A stretch of 64,000 nt of DNA from an uncultured Collinsella sp. (lineage in GTDB: Bacteria; Actinomycetota; Coriobacteriia; Coriobacteriales; Coriobacteriaceae). A program made the translations under genes and the position numbers. Shown here one piece after another: positions 56,289-64,000 of the stretch; position 1 is the first letter of the stretch, and the number at the start of each line of letters is the position of its first letter. The notes beneath the pieces are model-generated. The model saw only the letters and a program-made list of their open reading frames with translations, ran no database searches and had not been told where the DNA came from. The stretch is from the NCBI GenBank assembly GCA_965141245.1, contig CBCSLZ010000001.1:1899-65898 (forward strand), written 5' to 3'.

Positions 56289-57455
56289 CTAGGCAGCCGG
56301 GCAGATCTTCTTGAAGAGCTCGATGACGTCGTCGAGCGTCGCCTCGCGCGGGTTACCCGGGAAGCAGGCGTCGGCCATGGCGTCCTTGGCCAGGACCTCG
56401 ATCTCGTCAGCCTTCATAGCCTCGCAGACGTGCGGGATGTTCACGTCGGCGGAAAGCTGCTTGACGGCGGCGATGGCGGCGTCGGCGGCCTCGTCAGTGC
56501 TCATGCCCGTGGTGTCAACGCCCATGGCGACGGCGACCTTGGCCAGGCGCTCGGCGCAAACCGGCTTGTTGAACTCCATGGCAATCGGCAGCAGCATGGC
56601 GCAGGCGACGCCGTGCGGGGTGTCGTAGTGAGCGGACAGGGTGTGAGCCATGGCGTGGTCGATGCCCAGGCCAACGTTGGAGAAGCCCATGCCGGCGACA
56701 TACTGGCCAAGAGCCATGCCCTCGCGGCCGGAGCCGGGCTGACCGGACTTGGCCTCGGCAACGGAGTCGCGCAGGTTCTCGCTGATCAGCTTAATAGCCT
56801 CAAAGTGGAACATGTCGGAGAGCTCCCAGGCACCCTTGGTGGTGTAGCCCTCGATGGCGTGGGTCAGAGCGTCCATGCCAGTGGAAGCGGTCAGGCCGGC
56901 AGGCATGGAAGCCATCATGTCGGGATCGACGACAGCAACCTCGGGGGCATCGTTGGTGTCGACGCACACGAACTTGCGGACCTTCTCGGGGTCGGTGATG
57001 ACGTAGTTGATGGTCACCTCAGCGGCGGTACCGGCGGTCGTCGGCACGGCGATGGTGAACACGGCGTGGTTCTTAGTGGGAGCAACGCCCTCGAGGCTGC
57101 GGACATCGGCGAACTCGGGGTTGTTGATAATAATGCCGATGGCCTTAGCGGTGTCCATGGAGGAGCCGCCACCAATGGTCACGATAGCGTCAGCCTCGGC
57201 GGCCTTGAAGGCCTCGACGCCGTCCTTGACGTTCTGGATGGTGGGGTTGGGCTTGATCTCGGAGTAGAGGCTCCAAGCGATGCCGGCGGCATCGAGCTCA
57301 TCGGTCACCTTAGCGGTAACGCCAAACTTGACCAGATCGGGGTCGGAGCAGACGAAGATCTTCTTGTAGCCGCGACGCTGGAGCTCGCCGGGGATCTCCT
57401 TGATGGCGCCGGAACCATGATAAGAGATGGTATTGAGAACGAAACGATTAGCCAT
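56289..57455 (-). CDS. fucO: Iron-containing alcohol dehydrogenase, lactaldehyde reductase-like
   Basis: MANRFVLN.ISYHG.G, GGGSSMDTAK, NNPEFADVRSLEG, PTTAGT, DALTHAIEGY and HAMAH...HG. Confidence 0.85.
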   Translation of the reverse strand: MANRFVLNTISYHGSGAIKEIPGELQRRGYKKIFVCSDPDLVKFGVTAKVTDELDAAGIAWSLYSEIKPNPTIQNVKDGVEAFKAAEADAIVTIGGGSSMDTAKAIGIIINNPEFADVRSLEGVAPTKNHAVFTIAVPTTAGTAAEVTINYVITDPEKVRKFVCVDTNDAPEVAVVDPDMMASMPAGLTASTGMDALTHAIEGYTTKGAWELSDMFHFEAIKLISENLRDSVAEAKSGQPGSGREGMALGQYVAGMGFSNVGLGIDHAMAHTLSAHYDTPHGVACAMLLPIAMEFNKPVCAERLAKVAVAMGVDTTGMSTDEAADAAIAAVKQLSADVNIPHVCEAMKADEIEVLAKDAMADACFPGNPREATLDDVIELFKKICPAA

Positions 57456-57620
57456 TGATAGCCTCCCATCGTGTGCGGGGCACCCATTACGCCCCGCGCT
57501 ATAAGTCCCATCCTAACGCTTTTGAAACAAAAAACGCGTGAGAACGTCAAAAGTGTTAAAGCGTTTCAACAGATGATGAAAAATATTGCGGCAAAGGAAC
57601 AGCCCCTTTGCCGCAATCGG

Positions 57621-58337
57621 TTACTTTCGGCAGCCCTCTTTCCAAGCCTCGGCCGCAACCTTCCAGCGTAAGCGCAAGTCGCGCTCGCGGTCGATGAACA
57701 TGATGGCAAACGCGACAAACAGCAGCAAGCTCGCCACGACGATGGCATGCAGGCCCATGCGTTCAATACACCAGTTGCCCAACACGGCGCCAAACACAAA
57801 GGTAAAGATCACGCCAAAGTACAGCAGGCCGTTTTCCAAAAAGCCGCGCCTGTGGGTGATGATGTAATCGTCCACGTTTTGCAGCGCGTTGCGCAAGTTG
57901 CCGATGCACATGGTCGTAGCGATGCCGTGACCGTGGATCTTGCGGAAGCTCTCGACTTGCATGCCGCAGGCAAAAGAGGTGAGGCAGTTGGCGAGCAGGT
58001 TGAAATTGCCGCCCGGGATAAAGCTCACGCCCAGCAAGATGACGGCTTCAAAGAACACCGTCACCTGACGCCAGTGGATCACGCTGCCAAACCGCTCGTG
58101 TACCAGATCGGCAAGCATAATACCCACGGCAAACGACACCACAGGGAAGAAGTAGCGCCCCGCAAGTGCCCAGTTGCCCTCCGAGATGCTCACGCCCACG
58201 AGCAGGATGTTGCCTGTCTGCGCGTTGGCGAAAACATGGTCGCGCCCAATGTACGAATACACGTCCATAAAGCCACCGGCGAGCGCCAAGATGATGCCCA
58301 GCTCAATAGACTCCGATATCTGTTTGGCACGCTGCAT
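57621..58337 (-). CDS. YoaK/DUF1275 family membrane protein
   Basis: LAGGFMDVYSY, FANAQTGN, FACGMQ and TTMCIGN; SD AGGAGG. Confidence 0.88.
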   Translation of the reverse strand: MQRAKQISESIELGIILALAGGFMDVYSYIGRDHVFANAQTGNILLVGVSISEGNWALAGRYFFPVVSFAVGIMLADLVHERFGSVIHWRQVTVFFEAVILLGVSFIPGGNFNLLANCLTSFACGMQVESFRKIHGHGIATTMCIGNLRNALQNVDDYIITHRRGFLENGLLYFGVIFTFVFGAVLGNWCIERMGLHAIVVASLLLFVAFAIMFIDRERDLRLRWKVAAEAWKEGCRK

Positions 58338-58590
58338 CGTCGTGCATCCTCCTTGTTGACGACTCTCTCGTGCGTTGGCGGAAACATAGCCGCCGTTCAT
58401 ACTGTAACCCATTGACAACATGGCGTGCGCGCGAGACGACCCCTTCGACACAGGGATACACAGTCTGGAAACAAACGACACCCGCATCGACACGCCGATC
58501 CGCTAGCTCATGTACTCCACCAGTCTTTTTAGCCCCGTCCCAAAAAGACTGGTTACAATTACGTGCAGCATACAAACACCGGGAGGGATC

Positions 58591-60726
58591 GTGGCAAAAA
58601 AGCCTCAGCACGCTCAGAACAACCAGCGCAGTCAGCAGGGCAAACAGGGCCAGCAGCAAAAGCGCGGCGGTAAGGCGCAGGGTGGGCACACCACGCATAC
58701 CCCAGCAGCGCTCACACGCCCCTGGCGCCCGGGCCGCGATAAGTTCCTCCCCGTCAGCCGCGCCGACATGGATGCGCGCGGCTGGGACCAGTGCGACTTT
58801 GTCTACATCTGCGGCGACGCCTACGTGGACCACCCCAGCTTTGGTATGGCCATCATCAGCCGCGTCCTCGACGCGCACGGCTACAAAGTGGGCATCATCT
58901 GCCAGCCCGACTGGACCGACCCCGCCAGCATCACGGTGCTCGGTGAGCCGCGCCTGGGCTTTTTGGTCAGCGCCGGCAACATGGACTCCATGGTCAACCA
59001 CTATTCGGTGACCAAGCATCGCCGCCACACCGACGCCTATACCCCCGGTGGCGAAGAGGGGCGCCGTCCCAATCGCGCCGTCACGGTCTACGGCAACCTC
59101 ATCCGCCAGACGTTTAAGGACGCCCCCATCATTATCGGTGGCATCGAGGCAAGCCTGCGTCGCCTGGCCCACTACGACTACTGGCAGGACAAGCTCAAGC
59201 GCTCGGTGCTGCTCGACTCGGGCGCCGACATCCTCATCTACGGCATGGGCGAGCACGCGATTGTCGAGATCGCCGACGCGCTCGACGCGGGACTGCCCGT
59301 CGACCAGATTACCTATATCAACGGCACCGTCTACCGCACCAACTCGCTCGACGAGGTCTACGACTACGACCTGCTGCCCAGCTGGGACGATCTTGCCGCC
59401 GACAAGCTCAACTACGCGCGCAGCTTTAACGTGCAGCAGCAGAATATGGACCCCATCACCGGCCATCGCCTGGTAGAGCCCTATCCCAACAGCGTCTATG
59501 TGGTGCAAAACCCGCCGTCGACGACACTCACCACCGACGAGATGGACGAGGTGGCCGAGCTCCCCTACGCACGCGATTGGCATCCCGACTACGACGCGGC
59601 AGGCGGCGTGCCGGCCTTTGCCGAGATCAAGTTTTCCATTAGCTCCAACCGTGGCTGTTTTGGCGAGTGCTCGTTTTGCGCCCTCACCTTCCACCAGGGG
59701 CGCGTGCTGCAGATGCGCAGCCACGATTCGATCATGCGCGAGGCCGAGCTGCTCACGCGCGATCCCGAGTTTAAGGGCTACATCAACGACGTGGGCGGAC
59801 CGACGGCAAACTTTAGCCGCCCTGCCTGCGACAAGCAGCTCAAGCACGGCGTGTGCAAGAACAAGCGCTGCCTGTGGCCGAGCGTATGTAAGAACATGGT
59901 GGTCGACGAGAGCGGCTACACGCAGTTGCTGCGCGACCTGCGCCAGCTGCCGGGCGTCAAGAAGGTCTTCGTCCGCAGCGGCATCCGCTTTGACTACACC
60001 ATGGCCGATGCCTCGGACGAGTTTTTGCGCGAGCTGCTGGAGCACCATGTCTCGGGCCAGCTGCGCGTGGCACCCGAGCACGTGAGCGACGCGGTGTTGT
60101 CCGTGATGGGCAAGCCGAGCCGAGCCGTCTACGACGCGTTCTGCCGTAAATTTGAACGCCTGAACCGCGAATACGGACTCAAGCAGTACGTAGTGCCGTA
60201 CCTAATCTCGAGCCATCCCGGCTCAACGATGAAGGAAGCAGTGGACCTTGCCGAGGCCGTGCGCGACATGGGCTACATGCCCGAACAGGTGCAGGACTTC
60301 TACCCCACCCCGTCCACCATGTCAACGTGCATGTACTACACCGGCGTGGATCCGCGCACCATGCAGCCGATCTACGTGGCGCGCGACCCGCACGAGAAGG
60401 CCATGCAGCGTGCGCTCATCCAGTATCGCAAGCCCGAGAACTACAAGCTCGTGCGCGAGGCGCTGGAAAAGGCTGGCCGCCGCGATCTGATCGGCTACAC
60501 CAAGCATTGCCTGATTCGTCCCGTGCCCCCGCGCCCGGGCGAGACATCTGCTGGCGGTGGGCATGGAACCGGCAAGAAGGGCGGCAAACCACATGGCGGT
60601 GGCGCTGGCAAGGGACCCAAAGGCAGCAAGGGCCACGGCGGCATGTCGCGTGCGCAAAACACCGCAGGTCGCAATCGCGCGGCCCAGGGACGGCAGGGCG
60701 CCAACGGAGGCGGCAGGCGCAACTAG
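58591..60726 (+). CDS. ygiQ: YgiQ family radical SAM protein
   Basis: FLPVS, GDAYVDHPSFG, GGIEASLRR, RGCFGECSFC (CxxxCxxC) and QVQDFYPTP; GTG after GGGAGGG. Confidence 0.92.
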   Translation: MAKKPQHAQNNQRSQQGKQGQQQKRGGKAQGGHTTHTPAALTRPWRPGRDKFLPVSRADMDARGWDQCDFVYICGDAYVDHPSFGMAIISRVLDAHGYKVGIICQPDWTDPASITVLGEPRLGFLVSAGNMDSMVNHYSVTKHRRHTDAYTPGGEEGRRPNRAVTVYGNLIRQTFKDAPIIIGGIEASLRRLAHYDYWQDKLKRSVLLDSGADILIYGMGEHAIVEIADALDAGLPVDQITYINGTVYRTNSLDEVYDYDLLPSWDDLAADKLNYARSFNVQQQNMDPITGHRLVEPYPNSVYVVQNPPSTTLTTDEMDEVAELPYARDWHPDYDAAGGVPAFAEIKFSISSNRGCFGECSFCALTFHQGRVLQMRSHDSIMREAELLTRDPEFKGYINDVGGPTANFSRPACDKQLKHGVCKNKRCLWPSVCKNMVVDESGYTQLLRDLRQLPGVKKVFVRSGIRFDYTMADASDEFLRELLEHHVSGQLRVAPEHVSDAVLSVMGKPSRAVYDAFCRKFERLNREYGLKQYVVPYLISSHPGSTMKEAVDLAEAVRDMGYMPEQVQDFYPTPSTMSTCMYYTGVDPRTMQPIYVARDPHEKAMQRALIQYRKPENYKLVREALEKAGRRDLIGYTKHCLIRPVPPRPGETSAGGGHGTGKKGGKPHGGGAGKGPKGSKGHGGMSRAQNTAGRNRAAQGRQGANGGGRRN

Positions 60727-60780
60727 CGCGGCGAGGCGGCATGCCGCCGCTGGCGGCACACACGCCCCCACCAATGAAAT

Positions 60781-60823
60781 GCCGCTCGCCGGGGCGTCGT
60801 AAAACGATTCCCCGGCGAGCGGC
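60781..60823. terminator. Strong hairpin between convergent ygiQ and PTS genes
   Basis: GCCGCTCGCCGGGG / CCCCGGCGAGCGGC arms. Confidence 0.6.
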
Positions 60824-60852
60824 CGATTAATATTGTCTATCTCAAAACGTCG

Positions 60853-62223
60853 TTACTTTTTGTCAAAACGACCATAGAGCGCAAACGAGAGCGTCGCGGA
60901 AATAACCCAAGTCAAAGCGATGCAGGCGACAATCATGATCAGGTTCATGGGATTGCCGCTTGGATCGGCATAAACGGGCAACGAGGTAATGCCAGGCATA
61001 ACAAAGCCGAAGCACTTAGCGCCCAGAACAACGGTGAGCGCGCCGCCAATGCCATCCGCGATCATCGCAGCGATAAGCGGAGTCCTGTTAGGAACCTGAA
61101 CGGTGAACAAGGCAGTCTCGGAAATTCCCATAAATGCCGAGAAGGCGCACGTCATCGCAGCGGACTTGAGCTTTTCATCGGTCATGCGCAGGGCCGCACC
61201 AAAAGACGCACCGCTTTCGGCGAGGTTATGGCAGAAAGAGATCGGGAGCAGATAGTCATACCCCAGCGTTGCGATATTGGAAATCTGGATGGGGCTCGTT
61301 GACTGGTGCATGCCGAAGAGCACGATAAGCGGCATAAAGAAGCCCAGCAGAAAACCGGCAACGGGGCCTAACGTCGAGAATAGCCAAACGATACCGTTGG
61401 CAAGACCAAGACCGCACCAGGCACCAATCGGAGCGAGCACAAACAGGTTGACGGGAATCACGATAGCAAGGGAGAGCGCCGGAACGACAACGAGCTTAAA
61501 AAGATCCGGCACGACTTTGTCGATTGCGCGATATACAAAAGACAAGCCAATGACGCCAAAGATAACCGGGAACACGGAATCGGCGTAGCTAAAAATCGGC
61601 ACCGCAAAACCGAACAGCGCAAGGGGCGTCTCGCCCGTACCGACAGCGTTGACAATGGTCGGGTACATCAGCGATCCGGCAACACAAAGCGCAAGCGAAC
61701 GGTTGACCCGGAACTTATCAGCTGTAGACATTGCCAGCAAAAACGGCAAGAAGTAGAACGGGATATCCGAAATCATATTGAATATCGCAAAGTCGCCGGC
61801 ACCCGTGTCGATTCCAAAAGCCGCGATAGCAGCCAGGATGCCCTTTACGATGCCTCCCGCCACCAGTGCGGGAATGATAGCGGAGAAGATGCCGGTGATG
61901 ATATCGAATACGCGAGCCGAACCTTTTTGGAGCTCAGGCTGCTCGGCGTCGGCGGAGACCTCGCCACCCATCCTGTCACCTAGCATGGGCTCCAATTCGT
62001 CATATACCGACCCCACGCTGGCGCCGATGATAACCTGCCACTGCCCGTCTTTAACCTGCGCGCCCAAGGCGCCGTCAAGCGTCTTAAGGGCCTCCAGATC
62101 TGCCTTGCTATCGTCCTTCAGGTTGAATCTGAGCCTTGTAATGCAGTGCGTTGCCATAACAACGTTATCGGCGCCGCCCACGAGCTCGAGGACACGAGCG
62201 GCCAGTTCCTTCTTGTCTGCCAC
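60853..62223 (-). CDS. PTS beta-glucoside-type transporter EIIBC
   Basis: EIIB HCITRLRF, QVIIG; EIIC PFYFLP, LFGMH and GISETALF; no EIIA domain. Confidence 0.9.
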   Translation of the reverse strand: MADKKELAARVLELVGGADNVVMATHCITRLRFNLKDDSKADLEALKTLDGALGAQVKDGQWQVIIGASVGSVYDELEPMLGDRMGGEVSADAEQPELQKGSARVFDIITGIFSAIIPALVAGGIVKGILAAIAAFGIDTGAGDFAIFNMISDIPFYFLPFLLAMSTADKFRVNRSLALCVAGSLMYPTIVNAVGTGETPLALFGFAVPIFSYADSVFPVIFGVIGLSFVYRAIDKVVPDLFKLVVVPALSLAIVIPVNLFVLAPIGAWCGLGLANGIVWLFSTLGPVAGFLLGFFMPLIVLFGMHQSTSPIQISNIATLGYDYLLPISFCHNLAESGASFGAALRMTDEKLKSAAMTCAFSAFMGISETALFTVQVPNRTPLIAAMIADGIGGALTVVLGAKCFGFVMPGITSLPVYADPSGNPMNLIMIVACIALTWVISATLSFALYGRFDKK

Positions 62224-62234
62224 GACAATCACTC

Positions 62235-63815
<1,581 letters not shown>

Positions 63816-63866
63816 CTATAATACCGTTTAAGGCATCGATTCTACCGTTCACCCCTGGAGCACCCC

Positions 63867-64000
63867 ATGGATTCGAATCTCAAACAGCTGCTCTATACGC
63901 ATACCGAGACCGAAGAGTGGCATCGCACACATCCGGGAGAGCTCAGCCCGCGATATAACAGGGTGGAAACCACAACCATTAACGGCGAAGAGGTCTATCT
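63867..64000 (+). CDS. Start of a divergent CDS (3'-truncated), possibly the regulator of the GH1/PTS pair
   Basis: SD GGAG, ATG, frame open to the window end (MDSNLKQLLYTHTETEEWHRTHPGELSPRY...). Function inferred from position only. Confidence 0.45.
   Translation, partial: MDSNLKQLLYTHTETEEWHRTHPGELSPRYNRVETTTINGEEVY

Noticed and set aside
58303..60081. 592-aa minus-strand ORF
   Set aside because: Antisense shadow of ygiQ.

Overview
High-GC window from an anaerobic gut actinobacterium. Gene content and codon style point to Coriobacteriia, probably Collinsella-like (inference). Most of it is core genome: a divergent metG (partial), RsmB/F methyltransferase, DegV, class 3 FBPase, folD/fchA, fhs, ruvCAB, SWIM-SNF2 helicase, dnaE, AddAB-like helicase/nuclease, cysK with an Rrf2 regulator, mnmA, fucO-like dehydrogenase and ygiQ. 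Three accessory areas stand out. (1) 8.7-13.7 kb: a cobalamin-riboswitch-led two-gene operon encoding a ~1290-aa membrane-anchored protein with four tandem transcobalamin-like (DUF4430-type) domains plus a beta-propeller, and a second anchored single-domain protein; this is a candidate multivalent cell-surface corrinoid-capture system. (2) 19.6-26.7 kb: a variable region with a lipoprotein, a Tat-exported and possibly sortase-anchored PI-PLC, hicAB, and an unannotated 30-aa ORF. That ORF sits in a cassette with nested inverted repeats and a convergent antisense terminator, making it a candidate type I toxin-antitoxin locus. (3) From 60.8 kb: a beta-glucoside PTS/GH1 module with more A/T-rich codon usage. 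Also present are a NadE homologue with both catalytic motif sets degenerate, a MITE-like element, a twice-occurring 63-bp palindrome with compensatory changes, and an unlisted 56-aa membrane protein. No rRNA, tRNA, CRISPR array or intact transposase was recognised. All calls come from reading motifs by eye; no database searches were run.
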